From a virus: a stretch of DNA of 64,000 bases. Under the pieces are notes generated by a model. That model had not been told where the DNA came from and searched no databases. It was given only the letters and a program-made list of their open reading frames with translations. The translations under genes and the position numbers were made by a program. The stretch spans positions 51,802 to 115,801 of IMG/VR virus record IMGVR_UViG_3300049046_000039, one strand, 5' to 3'. Of this stretch, positions 51,057 through 60,648 are shown in pieces. Position 1 is the stretch's first letter. Each line of letters opens with the position of its first letter.

Positions 51057-51554
51057 TTAAGCTCCGTTTCTTCTTGAGTACACTCGTTCTAGAGCGGCGC
51101 GGTTACGAGCTAACCACTTTACGGCTCGCTCTTCGCGACTAATAATTTCTGCCTTGATAGTCTCGATAGGAACGGCTCCGCGAAACTGACCGTATCCGCT
51201 CAGCTGGCTGGCTAGTAGGTCGATGTCTCCGCCCGCCGCTACGTCTACGGCTCTACCCCAGTACTCGATGCGGCGAGTTCCAGACACTAGGTTGTTCGTT
51301 ATTACTGCCAGAGCCACCGTAGCGATGAACCCGAAGAGCACCGCGCCGTACAGTCCGATAGCGAACCATCCTGCAGTAGCTCCAAGAGCCAGACCGACTA
51401 CGGCCGCTGGGATCCAGACGACTGCCTTACTCTGCCATTCTGCTACTTCCTGAGCCAGAGTGCCGAAAGGTCTGTCAGGCTCGATCTCGATAAGAAGCAT
51501 GTGATTTCGCGCGTTAGCGTTCTTTACTTCGCGCCACTTGACTGGTGGAATCAT
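51057..51554 (-). CDS. membrane protein
   Basis: two TM segments. Confidence 0.7.
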   Translation of the reverse strand: MIPPVKWREVKNANARNHMLLIEIEPDRPFGTLAQEVAEWQSKAVVWIPAAVVGLALGATAGWFAIGLYGAVLFGFIATVALAVITNNLVSGTRRIEYWGRAVDVAAGGDIDLLASQLSGYGQFRGAVPIETIKAEIISREERAVKWLARNRAALERVYSRRNGA

Positions 51555-51569
51555 AACTCGACACTCCGA

Positions 51570-51869
51570 TTAAGCATTGGAGTACCTCGTGAAAGCCTTC
51601 ACTCCATCTCTATAAGCTGGGCTCTCGTAGAGCGTCTTACTTATTTCGGCAGTTCTTTCGGCCATAAGATCGTGGCAGTGGTTGAAGCTGAATCCTTCAG
51701 TACTGCCTGCGTCTAGAGCCATACCGATGTTATTGATCATTCGCTGCACTTCGACGCAGGTACTTCCAGTGTTGCAGATCAGCGTAGCGATAAGCATCGC
51801 CTCTTCGGGGTTGAGCTCTAACTTAATCTTAAGCGGCTCTTCTATCTTCTCATATTCTACTCTAGCCAT
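51570..51869 (-). CDS. hypothetical protein
   Basis: coupled ORF. Confidence 0.65.
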   Translation of the reverse strand: MARVEYEKIEEPLKIKLELNPEEAMLIATLICNTGSTCVEVQRMINNIGMALDAGSTEGFSFNHCHDLMAERTAEISKTLYESPAYRDGVKAFTRYSNA

Positions 51870-52162
51870 TACTCACTCTCGTTAAAAAGGTTGGTGTACT
51901 TCATCAGCTTAGCTCTCTTACTCTCGATTCTAGAAGCTATAGCGTCTTCGTCTATAACTCCGTTCTCGATCAGTATCTCTATAATCAAGAGAGTGTCGCC
52001 TATCTCGTCTTCTAGAAGCTGGATGTTAGTCCTCTTGCTAGTATCTTCGGGATGATAGCTGTCTAGTCCGAACCGACGTATCTTAGATACCGTCTGGATG
52101 ACTTCAGCACACTCCTCTTGGAGCAAGTCTAGAGCTTCATAGTCTTTATTCTTTAGTGCCAT
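51869..52162 (-). CDS. MazG-like protein
   Basis: LQEECAEVIQ..SK..RFG...LEDEIGD. Confidence 0.8.
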   Translation of the reverse strand: MALKNKDYEALDLLQEECAEVIQTVSKIRRFGLDSYHPEDTSKRTNIQLLEDEIGDTLLIIEILIENGVIDEDAIASRIESKRAKLMKYTNLFNESE

Positions 52163-52232
52163 AGCAATTATAATATAGCTCTCTATAAATGTCAACAAAA
52201 AAAGGGAGCGAGATCTAACTCGCTCCCTGTCG

Positions 52233-52397
52233 TTATTCAGGTTCAGTAAGATGAACCTCTATGGTCTCGGAGTCTCTATATTCGTCTTCCATTTGTCGAT
52301 ACACGTTGTACGCACTGTTAGCATCGTTAAACGTTTCTCTGATTATAGTTAGACCCTTTATATAGTCGTACACTTCTACTTTATAATCGTATTCCAT
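52233..52397 (-). CDS. small hypothetical protein
   Basis: ORF between promoter and terminator (52201-52228). Confidence 0.5.
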   Translation of the reverse strand: MEYDYKVEVYDYIKGLTIIRETFNDANSAYNVYRQMEDEYRDSETIEVHLTEPE

Positions 52398-52455
52398 AGC
52401 ACCACTCATCCAAGACTGAATAAAATAGTATATATACCACAAAACTAGAAAAATG

Positions 52456-52779
52456 TCAACCAGTTTTTAGAGTCTTGTCCCTTAATCTTTCGGCAATCAA
52501 CTCGTCGGAAATACTAAGTTGAGTACTTCCGTTGTAGTAGTCTTTGATTACAGCACCAAGAATATCTACGGCAGTAGCTTTTCTATCGTAGCGCTTTAAG
52601 ATTCCGGTGAAGTGTATGGGTGAGCCGAACAGAGGGCTCGGCTCGTCTATAGTGTAGACGTAGTCGCACCTGTCTGCCTGCTCGCTGTTGATGCCAACGT
52701 TAGCTATGTTGATCGTAACTAGTCGCTTAGACATGTCACTGTAGCCATAAGGCCACAGCTCCATACTCATAGTTAACAT
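52456..52779 (-). CDS. hypothetical protein
   Basis: coupled to regA. Confidence 0.65.
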   Translation of the reverse strand: MLTMSMELWPYGYSDMSKRLVTINIANVGINSEQADRCDYVYTIDEPSPLFGSPIHFTGILKRYDRKATAVDILGAVIKDYYNGSTQLSISDELIAERLRDKTLKTG

Positions 52780-53165
52780 TACTTCTTCTTTCCAATACTA
52801 TACTTAGCCACAAGCTGCCAACTGCTCTTCTCGCGATATGGAAGAACCTTTACGTGCGACTTCTGTGCTTTTCTGTCGATTTGACTAACTATCTTGATGA
52901 GTCCCCACTCTTCAAGAAGAAGAGCGATAGAGTCGCGTCTGGCTCTATCCTCGTCAGTATAGTTCGTCGGTTTACCGTCAAGAGCGAAAAGCTCCTTGAA
53001 GTGAGTTATGTAGTACTTGCCCTGCTTATGCAGAATGTGACAAGACTGATATAACTTCTTGTCTTTTACTGACGCTACGCCGATACGCGTGAGCGTTTCT
53101 TTTATCTTTAGAAAGTCTTCCTCGTGTCCGATTTCGACTTCTAAAAATGTTTCTACTAGGCTCAT
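52779..53165 (-). CDS. regA: RegA translational repressor
   Basis: DFLKIKETLTRIG...LYQSCHILHKQG.YYI.HFKEL. Confidence 0.97.
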   Translation of the reverse strand: MSLVETFLEVEIGHEEDFLKIKETLTRIGVASVKDKKLYQSCHILHKQGKYYITHFKELFALDGKPTNYTDEDRARRDSIALLLEEWGLIKIVSQIDRKAQKSHVKVLPYREKSSWQLVAKYSIGKKK

Positions 53166-53548
53166 TTGCCACCCTTTTCTAACCTTTGTTTTATGTTATC
53201 CAGTTGCTGGGTGGAAAGAACAGTTAATGCTTGCTGTGCCTTAGCGTATCCATAACCAAAATACTCTTTTACAGCTTCAATGTCACTATCTTCCCGTTTC
53301 TTAACCCACTTGCTAAAGCGCTTCCTGGGTCTGATACTATTTAGTAGATAGTCGAACTGAAGAATGTGATCTACATGCGCTAACATGTTCATTTCGTTAG
53401 CGTAAAGTATAGTGTCTGGAAAGTACGACAGACCGCGATTGACCATGTACGGCGAGTACTCTTTCTCGGCTAGCTCAGGGCTTTCCGAGCTACGAATGAT
53501 GTCTTCGTTCTTGTTGATAGCGTTAATGTAGTCGAATGGATTCGCCAT
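53162..53548 (-). CDS. 62: clamp loader small subunit gp62
   Basis: PFDY, Y.PYMVNR.LS, RKRFSKW. Confidence 0.93.
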   Translation of the reverse strand: MANPFDYINAINKNEDIIRSSESPELAEKEYSPYMVNRGLSYFPDTILYANEMNMLAHVDHILQFDYLLNSIRPRKRFSKWVKKREDSDIEAVKEYFGYGYAKAQQALTVLSTQQLDNIKQRLEKGGK

Positions 53549-53934
53549 TATACAATACTACTACCTCCAAGGATAGAAACAGCCTTATTGAAACCCGCTA
53601 TGAACTGCTCTTTAGTTATCTCGACCGCGCCATCGCGCAAGTATGTTCCAACCTCTCGAGCGTCATACGTGGTTCTGTATATGCTAGGCATCGAGTTGTC
53701 GTCTGCATACATATAGACAATAACGCATCGACGTGATTCGTTCAGCTTTTCGAATGAGTAGTATGATTCGTATCTGTCGTCTATTTCTGCGAAGAACTTA
53801 CCTTCAGCAGACTCTCCAAGAGCTTGCAGCTCTTTGTCTTGCTGCTCTCGCTCTTCTTTTTCGACGTCAGTTAACATCTCTTTGTAGCTGTCAATAATGT
53901 GTCTGAGTTGTTCTTTACTTAATTTCGCCATCAT
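53548..53934 (-). CDS. hypothetical protein between genes 44 and 62
   Basis: coupled on both sides. Confidence 0.7.
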   Translation of the reverse strand: MMAKLSKEQLRHIIDSYKEMLTDVEKEEREQQDKELQALGESAEGKFFAEIDDRYESYYSFEKLNESRRCVIVYMYADDNSMPSIYRTTYDAREVGTYLRDGAVEITKEQFIAGFNKAVSILGGSSIV

Positions 53935-54872
53935 ACGAACTCACAGTCTACCATAACCTCTACCATGCACGAAGCGAGGTTGATCTCAGGGTCTGCACAG
54001 AATGCAGCCTGATACTGGTACTTACCGAGGATTAAAACGAGCTGAGGAATGCTGTGCGGCTTGAGATACTCTACTGCATTGTCGTAGAAGTTACGATAGA
54101 TGCTGTTCTGGTCGGCGTCGGAGTTGAGACCAATCCACTTACGAACGTTAGTGAAGTCCTTAGTCTTCATGTATCCGACGAGCTCTTTAAGAGTGACTTC
54201 CTCTAGGTTTGCTAGAATGCCGCTGTCGATAGAACCAGTAGCACTGTAGCGCTGAAGCTCGTTAAGAACTCGGCGCCAGTCTGGGAAGTGCTTGGTAATA
54301 ACTTCAGCAACTACCTTCGGTTCATACTTGATATTTTCTTTTTCGAGGATTCCCTTCGTTCGAGCGAAGAACTCTGCCGCAAGCTTGGGAGTCTGCTTCT
54401 TCTCGATCTTGAAGTTGATCACTGAACACCTCGAGTGAAGAGGTGTGATGAGTCGGTTAACGAAGTTACATGTAAGAATAAAGCCACAGTTCTTCGAGAA
54501 CTCTTCCATGAAGTTACGAAGAGCTGGTTGTGTGGAGTTAGCGTTGAGATAGTCTGCCTCGTCGAGGATGACGTACTTACGACCGCCCATCAGTGATACC
54601 GAGGACGCGAAGTTCATGATCTCGTTACGAAGAGTATCGATATTACCGTTAAGCGATCCGTTAATAACGATGTAGTCGCACTCTAGCTCTTCAAGCATAG
54701 CTCGTGCGATAGTGGTCTTACCTACACCAGGACCACCAGTGAGGATGAGATTTGGAACGCTCTTATTGTCTACGAACTGTTGGAAGGTAGCTTTAAGATC
54801 TTCAGGGAGGATAGTGTCGGCAACTTTGCTGGGACGATACTTCTCGACCCAGAGTGGATTATCATTCATCAT
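53931..54872 (-). CDS. 44: clamp loader large subunit gp44
   Basis: WVEKYRP, GPGVGKTT, DEAD, SRC. Confidence 0.97.
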   Translation of the reverse strand: MMNDNPLWVEKYRPSKVADTILPEDLKATFQQFVDNKSVPNLILTGGPGVGKTTIARAMLEELECDYIVINGSLNGNIDTLRNEIMNFASSVSLMGGRKYVILDEADYLNANSTQPALRNFMEEFSKNCGFILTCNFVNRLITPLHSRCSVINFKIEKKQTPKLAAEFFARTKGILEKENIKYEPKVVAEVITKHFPDWRRVLNELQRYSATGSIDSGILANLEEVTLKELVGYMKTKDFTNVRKWIGLNSDADQNSIYRNFYDNAVEYLKPHSIPQLVLILGKYQYQAAFCADPEINLASCMVEVMVDCEFV

Positions 54873-54888
54873 ATTGTGAGTTCACTTA

Positions 54889-55107
54889 TTAAATAAAGCT
54901 GATGTCGCCTTTGGTGTAAGGCTCGGGGAGATTGGAAGGTTCGTCAATCTCTAACACGTCAAAGTAGACGTAACACTTGCCATTGACTACTTCATCTGGC
55001 ATGTATTGAACAACCATAGCTAGAAGATGCTGTTCAGTGGGCTTCTGTAGATAGACGCCCATAAATCCTCTGTCACCACTTTCGGTGGTGTAAGTTACTG
55101 CGTACAT
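54889..55107 (-). CDS. hypothetical protein
   Basis: ORF with GGA SD. Confidence 0.6.
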   Translation of the reverse strand: MYAVTYTTESGDRGFMGVYLQKPTEQHLLAMVVQYMPDEVVNGKCYVYFDVLEIDEPSNLPEPYTKGDISFI

Positions 55108-55126
55108 AATAAATCCATAACATTAC

Positions 55127-55222
55127 AAAAAAGGGAGCGTGGTAGGGTCTGCAGTTGACTACCACGCTCCCACTGGTTTGACTGGGGCGTCATACCAGCG
55201 CACTTAGACCGTCGTCTAGTGC
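55127..55222 (-). terminator. three-hairpin structured region ending in an intrinsic terminator after gene 45
   Basis: GGGAGCGTGGTAG/CTACCACGCTCCC + T-run. Confidence 0.65.
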
Positions 55223-55885
55223 TTAACCATTATACTCGCTGTTGCTTTCGATAGCAACGTAATACTCCATGTCCTTAGACTTGAAGCGCGAGATACCGAC
55301 CGAAGCGAGATCGACCGTATAGGTGTCTGGAAGAAGGCGAATGTTTTCGGCCTTGAAGATGAACTTGAAGTTCTTGGTAGTCTCACCTACGTCTACCGAA
55401 TAGACGTCAGACGTCGGGTCCTTTGAGTTGATAGTCTGGAGAGTGATAGTCTCACCGTTACCGACGATAGCGATCTCTGGCTGACGAAGAACACCAAGAG
55501 CCTTGGTAACGTCAGCGAGGTTCTCGGCCGTAAGCTCGAAGCTTACGTCTGCATCAGGGAACTTGATCTGCTTGTCGGCACTTGGAGCGACGATGGTATT
55601 CTCGTCAGCAAAGACGTAGTTTACCTTCTTCTTGCCAGAGCGAATGACTACCGAAGTCTCGCCGATCTCGAGATCGGGACTGTCGAAGAGGCTTAGAACG
55701 GAGAGGAACTTGTTGAGATCGTAGATCGCAAACTTAGAAGAGAACTCCTGCTCTAGAGTAGCCTGAGCGAGAATAGTCTTGGTTACAGTTACGGTCTTAA
55801 TTACGTTGCCTGGTCTAACTAGAATGCTAGGATTAATCGACGCAAAGTTCTTAAGGACCTGGATTGTGCGCTGGTCAAGCTTCAT
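55223..55885 (-). CDS. 45: sliding clamp gp45
   Basis: LKNFASINPS, FAIYDLN.FL. Confidence 0.96.
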   Translation of the reverse strand: MKLDQRTIQVLKNFASINPSILVRPGNVIKTVTVTKTILAQATLEQEFSSKFAIYDLNKFLSVLSLFDSPDLEIGETSVVIRSGKKKVNYVFADENTIVAPSADKQIKFPDADVSFELTAENLADVTKALGVLRQPEIAIVGNGETITLQTINSKDPTSDVYSVDVGETTKNFKFIFKAENIRLLPDTYTVDLASVGISRFKSKDMEYYVAIESNSEYNG

Positions 55886-56169
55886 TAGTTAATTTCAACC
55901 TTATCATTATCAGTGTTTTTCTTGTGACGGCTCATCACTTCCTTGTAGGTGCCCTTGAAGAACTCTTCGAAAGAAACCTTGATGAACCGACGATTCGTTT
56001 CCTGCTTGTTAGGATTCTCGATGGTGACCCAACCACGCTTACCCTTCATCCACGCGTGAACTTTGTTCAGCATGTTAGTACCTTCACTCATAAGTCTGAG
56101 AGTCTTATTAGAGACGTTAGGTCTCTGACCCTTAGACGTGTAGCCCTTACGACAGCGCTTCTTACCCAT
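55885..56169 (-). CDS. conserved basic hypothetical protein
   Basis: YTSKGQR, TIENPNK.ETN.RFIKV. Confidence 0.75.
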   Translation of the reverse strand: MGKKRCRKGYTSKGQRPNVSNKTLRLMSEGTNMLNKVHAWMKGKRGWVTIENPNKQETNRRFIKVSFEEFFKGTYKEVMSRHKKNTDNDKVEIN

Positions 56170-56239
56170 AATGTATACTCCAATGTTCGGGAATTAAGGA
56201 ACTTATACTATATTTCTTAAAAAATGTCAACAAGTTTTG

Positions 56240-57097
56240 TTATTTCTTTTTCTTCAGCGTGTTCGAGTCTGCGGTTGCAGGAGCACCGATCGAAGCGATG
56301 TGGCTTAACGATCCACCAAAGATGTAAGACCCAACGTGCTTTAGTTGCATCCACGGACAGAACCAAACGCTACCACCCATCTTGTTAACATTGTAACAGA
56401 ACATATAGTCTTCTGAGAGATAGCGCTTAGTGTCTGGATCGATAATAGTATCGAAGAACGCGTGAATATCTCTAGAGCCGTCAAAGGCTTCAGTTCTAAT
56501 GTGGTCTGGCTTATACTTCAGTTCAGGATAAGCCTGCTCGTATCTACGCAAAACGTCCTTGTTGAGCATCATAAATCCGGTGCCGATCTCTGCAACCTCG
56601 ACTGGTTCGATAAGAGAGATCTCGGTAGCACCGGACTTAGGATTAAAGACGTAGTCGCCGACGAAGTTCTCCAGAATGTTAGGATCTTCGTCAGCGACTC
56701 CCTTGTCTACAGCGAGCTTGATCTTCTCCCAAGAGATACACTTCTTGGGATATGGACCGCCGATCACTTCGTACTGGGGATTTTGAATAGATAGGGCTAG
56801 AAGTGCTAGCACGTCGCGCGCGTCGAATCCGATGTCCGAATCGATAAACACCATGTGCGTAGCATCACTGCGTAAAAACTCGTCGCAGCAATAGTTTCTA
56901 GCCCTAGTTATGAGAGACTCATTGAAAAGAAAGTAATACTGAACCTGAAGACCGTGCTGCGCGCACAGTGCAGACAGATCGATCATAGATCTAGTGTACA
57001 TACCGGCACACTGACCGCCGTACATCGGAGTTGCTATAAAGAGCTTGTGTCTGCGTAAGTCTTCGTGGGATATATTAATTTCAATGTTATGAGACAT
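56240..57097 (-). CDS. GT-A-fold glycosyltransferase-like protein
   Basis: ATPMYGG, ESLITRARN, FIDSDI, GTGFM, LSEDY, HVG. Confidence 0.8.
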   Translation of the reverse strand: MSHNIEINISHEDLRRHKLFIATPMYGGQCAGMYTRSMIDLSALCAQHGLQVQYYFLFNESLITRARNYCCDEFLRSDATHMVFIDSDIGFDARDVLALLALSIQNPQYEVIGGPYPKKCISWEKIKLAVDKGVADEDPNILENFVGDYVFNPKSGATEISLIEPVEVAEIGTGFMMLNKDVLRRYEQAYPELKYKPDHIRTEAFDGSRDIHAFFDTIIDPDTKRYLSEDYMFCYNVNKMGGSVWFCPWMQLKHVGSYIFGGSLSHIASIGAPATADSNTLKKKK

Positions 57098-57101
57098 TAT
57101 G

Positions 57102-57698
57102 TTATTTCTTTGCTCTCATTCTGTCTTCGTCAGTAAAGACTGTTCTAGCGCCGGTCGTTGCGTACGCTGTAGTTGCTGAAGCCATCCACTTCATCTCGTT
57201 GGCTAGGTTCTGAGTAGACACGCTGTAAGCCTTGCCTACACTGAGTCCAACCATCTTAGCCTGATCAGTAACGCTGTCAAAGTTAGCGCCCATGAAGACT
57301 ACTTCCCACTTACGATCTTCAGCACGAGCTAGCTTTTCGGCGATAGTCTGCTTGCTGAACTGTCGGCTAGTGTTCTCATGACCATCAGTCATAACGACAA
57401 CGTATGCCTTCTCAGGATTCTCTTCAAATGCCTTGTCGAGCATACGACCCATAGCGTCTAGAAGAGGAGTGCCACCTCTTGGTTGAAGCTCACTCTCATT
57501 AATCTGAGTGAAGCCCTGGCTGGTTGTATTTCTTAGTACGTCGTATGAGATTGAGCTATTGTAGTCGCTATCGAAAGCCGCGATGTATACGTTAGTATCT
57601 TTTGGGAGTTCTTTAACGTAGGTATTAATAGCACCAATAGTATCGGACCACTGGCTCGCCATAGAGCCCGAGCGGTCAAGTAGAAGATAAACTCTCAT
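57102..57698 (-). CDS. vWA-domain protein
   Basis: LLDRSGSM, GTPLLDA, TDGHENTS. Confidence 0.88.
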   Translation of the reverse strand: MRVYLLLDRSGSMASQWSDTIGAINTYVKELPKDTNVYIAAFDSDYNSSISYDVLRNTTSQGFTQINESELQPRGGTPLLDAMGRMLDKAFEENPEKAYVVVMTDGHENTSRQFSKQTIAEKLARAEDRKWEVVFMGANFDSVTDQAKMVGLSVGKAYSVSTQNLANEMKWMASATTAYATTGARTVFTDEDRMRAKK

Positions 57699-57699
57699 C

Positions 57700-58053
57700 T
57701 TATTCTTTCTCGTTTTGGTCGTGCACGTGTAGCATCATGATCGCATAATGGCACACCTTTAGCAGATCGGCGCGGTTCTTGCCGGCCTTTTTACCGTATC
57801 TCTGTGCGTATTTGATGATGTTGCCGATGCAGAATCCCTCGCCATGCCCGGCGTCCATGATGAATTCTGTTGACTGGATTTTGGATTTTGCGTAGTGCTG
57901 ACCATAGGTTTTGTCGATGTATTGCTTCAATTCTAGGATTAACTTATCCTCATTGAAACAATAGTCGATCTCAGGAGTGTCTCGATCGTTTTCGGTCGAG
58001 ACGGCTTGAACGGGACTATTTTCTCTGTCCTCGTGATATTTATATGCGCTCAT
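57700..58053 (-). CDS. DUF3310 (SaV-like) protein
   Basis: HY...GFCIGNIIKYAQRYGKK...DLLK. Confidence 0.8.
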   Translation of the reverse strand: MSAYKYHEDRENSPVQAVSTENDRDTPEIDYCFNEDKLILELKQYIDKTYGQHYAKSKIQSTEFIMDAGHGEGFCIGNIIKYAQRYGKKAGKNRADLLKVCHYAIMMLHVHDQNEKE

Positions 58054-58059
58054 TGAGTC

Positions 58060-59286
58060 TCACTGCATAAAGTCTACGATTGTGGTAGGTTCTTTCTCCT
58101 CCCAGATCTCGTAGCGTCGGTTAACATTTTGCTGATACGTGTAGTTAGACTTTACGTATGGTCTATTACCGAGAAGAACTTCGTTAACTTCTCGAGCCAT
58201 ATCTCTCGCGGTCTTAACTGGAACGTTCTGACAGATATGATTCGCTGACTTCTTTGGATTAAGAAGCTCGAAGTCTTCTGGCATACCCATGATGCTCAGC
58301 GCTTCTCTGTACGTGATGTATCTATCTTGATCAGGATGAGTAAGCATGCTAGGATAGTGACCCACAAAGGCACCAATGAAGTCTTTAGGAACAATAGTCC
58401 CGCGCCGCATAATATTGCCACCGCTAGCCAGTTTATCGTACTTGTACTTACACTTCTCGGCTTCATTCTCGTATCCGTTCTCTTCAAGCCACTTGCCGAC
58501 TTGCTTGTAGTCGTATCCCTGCTGTTCGATAAACGAGAACACGTCGTTAGAACGAACTTTAAGGAACTCCATCTTGCTGTGAGAGAAGTCGTAGTGACTG
58601 ATGCCGCCGTACATCTCTTCAAGAATGAATCGGTAGTAGGGATCGTCCTTCGAAGGAATCTTCGAGTTGATGACGTCCTGCATGGTGTTAGACTTAGCGT
58701 TACGAATAACGTCTTCGATCTTTTCCCATGGCGTATTGTAGTAGTTTAGAAGAGGAGTCTTATCGCCCTTCCAGAAGAAGTAGAAAGATCTCTCGCGAGT
58801 CTGAGCGGTGCCGTGAAGTAGAGACTTGGTACGATAGATTGACATAGAGTAACCATTGTCTAAGCCGATCTTGCGAACTTGCTCTCGAATGTCCTTGCCG
58901 ATCTTGCCGGCGAAGCCAGGAGCGTTCTCACCCCAGAACACGTCAGGCTTAAGCTCTCCCAGTACGTACTGAGCTGTCTTGATCATCCACTGGTTGTTTT
59001 GGTTGTGAGTGCCGAAGCCGTGAGACAGCTGGCTGAGTCCTGCGCACGGACACGTAGTGTTGACTACGTTTACTCTCTTACTAGGACGCTCACCTCTATC
59101 GATATAGTGATAGGGTATGTCCATACCACGCTGAGCGTAGTAGTTTAGAAGATGCGACTCGTTAGCCTGGAAGCCTTCGTAAGTCATGAAGTACTCAGGA
59201 GGAGTTCCGTTCTCTAGTTCCTGAGCTATAGTCATTCCACCGATGAGAGGTATAATTGACGCGTGTGTTATGTTATTTGGAGTCAT
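58060..59286 (-). CDS. DNA cytosine-C5 methyltransferase-like protein
   Basis: CPCAGLS (IV), ENAP (VI), QTRERSF (VIII), REAL.IMG.P, QNVP; motif I atypical. Confidence 0.8.
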   Translation of the reverse strand: MTPNNITHASIIPLIGGMTIAQELENGTPPEYFMTYEGFQANESHLLNYYAQRGMDIPYHYIDRGERPSKRVNVVNTTCPCAGLSQLSHGFGTHNQNNQWMIKTAQYVLGELKPDVFWGENAPGFAGKIGKDIREQVRKIGLDNGYSMSIYRTKSLLHGTAQTRERSFYFFWKGDKTPLLNYYNTPWEKIEDVIRNAKSNTMQDVINSKIPSKDDPYYRFILEEMYGGISHYDFSHSKMEFLKVRSNDVFSFIEQQGYDYKQVGKWLEENGYENEAEKCKYKYDKLASGGNIMRRGTIVPKDFIGAFVGHYPSMLTHPDQDRYITYREALSIMGMPEDFELLNPKKSANHICQNVPVKTARDMAREVNEVLLGNRPYVKSNYTYQQNVNRRYEIWEEKEPTTIVDFMQ

Positions 59287-59503
59287 TATTGTCTCTAGTT
59301 AGTAGTCTGTGTGAAGGCCATTTCTTGTTTTCATCACCGCTTCCCCAGCACCTATCACATACACCACTGGTTAATGTTTGACCACCGGCTCCACCGCGCC
59401 ATGTTGCAGTACATCCATACGTCTTAACACCCCAGCCTCCACACTCTTTACAAGGGGTGTCTATACCTCGAATATCTAGCATCACCTGATAGATATCGCT
59501 CAT
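59273..59503 (-). CDS. DnaJ-type zinc-finger small protein
   Basis: CKECGG.G ... CDRCWGSG. Confidence 0.7.
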   Translation of the reverse strand: MSDIYQVMLDIRGIDTPCKECGGWGVKTYGCTATWRGGAGGQTLTSGVCDRCWGSGDENKKWPSHRLLTRDNNDSK

Positions 59504-60648
59504 TAGAAGAAGCTCTCTAAGTTAGCTTTAGGCACCACTGGATTTGCTGGGAGCCCCTGCTTTTTAGGGTCCTTAATCTGAGTGGTGTTGTACTCGACTC
59601 CTGTCCAATGCGGATAAGACATTCGACTAAGATGGACGGACTTCTTGTACTCCATAGCGTGGAGATTAAGTTCTCCCTTCTTGTTGAGGAGGTAGTCTGT
59701 CCACTCGATAAACTTAAGCGCGTCACTTGGAATCGAGTCGCAGAGTTCTTTAAGTCGAGCATTAAATCTCTTTCGTGCATCCATTCTCTCCTGCCACGTT
59801 CCCCAGAACGGCTGCTTCATAAAGTATCCAGATTGTGGAAGCTTACGAGCTTCCTCCTCACACGGAAGCAGTTCGTAGAAGCCGACAGTCTTTAGCTTAG
59901 GGTAAGTCTTAAAGAGTTCAGCACCTGCATTGAAGTACTCGAGAGCTAGATCTTCTGGTGACGGCCATAGGTCTACACCCTCCTTAGTCTCTTTTCTACA
60001 GAGGTGATGGCGTAAGTCGATGTTGCCGAAGTACAGCTCGACGTTCTCGACTTGATTGTTAGACTCATATGGGTCTGAGATGTACTTCTCAAATCCGTCT
60101 CGAATAGCTCCCTTGAGCGTCTTAAACGGTCTGGAGTTAACGACCCAGCCGGGTCGATACATGCAGATGCTGTGACTGTCGCCGATGACGATGTTAGGCG
60201 TAACGTAAGGATAGCGAAGAACTACTGAGCTCTCCATTCTCTTTAGGTTGTCCCAGTCTACTTCGTCAAACTCTGGTTGAGGAGTGTGACCGTTAGCTCT
60301 GTCTTGAGCTAGCTTTTCAGTCAGCTGTCGGTGGTAGTCCGGAAACGGAATGGCCAGCGAAATAACTTCGCCTTTGAACTTGGTGAGGTTTCGGAAGTTC
60401 CACGCATAAGGGAAGCCCTTAGTGCCCCCATAGAGATTAAGTCCACCAGACCAGTCATTCCCATGATACACATAGACCTTATCAAATTCGTTAAAATCGT
60501 GGCAGACATTTCCGCCGAAGTTTACTACTACGTCTTCACCCGTAGCTTGCTTTACCATGTCAGCATAGATAACGCCTTGCGCTGCACGATGGCTGGCCAG
60601 GAATGCTGCAATGGGAATAAATGGAGCTACTACTAACGATCTAGTCAT
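59503..60648 (-). CDS. conserved protein with SGNH-like C-terminal domain
   Basis: IGDSHS, FGNIDLRHH, SVHL. Confidence 0.6.
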   Translation of the reverse strand: MTRSLVVAPFIPIAAFLASHRAAQGVIYADMVKQATGEDVVVNFGGNVCHDFNEFDKVYVYHGNDWSGGLNLYGGTKGFPYAWNFRNLTKFKGEVISLAIPFPDYHRQLTEKLAQDRANGHTPQPEFDEVDWDNLKRMESSVVLRYPYVTPNIVIGDSHSICMYRPGWVVNSRPFKTLKGAIRDGFEKYISDPYESNNQVENVELYFGNIDLRHHLCRKETKEGVDLWPSPEDLALEYFNAGAELFKTYPKLKTVGFYELLPCEEEARKLPQSGYFMKQPFWGTWQERMDARKRFNARLKELCDSIPSDALKFIEWTDYLLNKKGELNLHAMEYKKSVHLSRMSYPHWTGVEYNTTQIKDPKKQGLPANPVVPKANLESFF

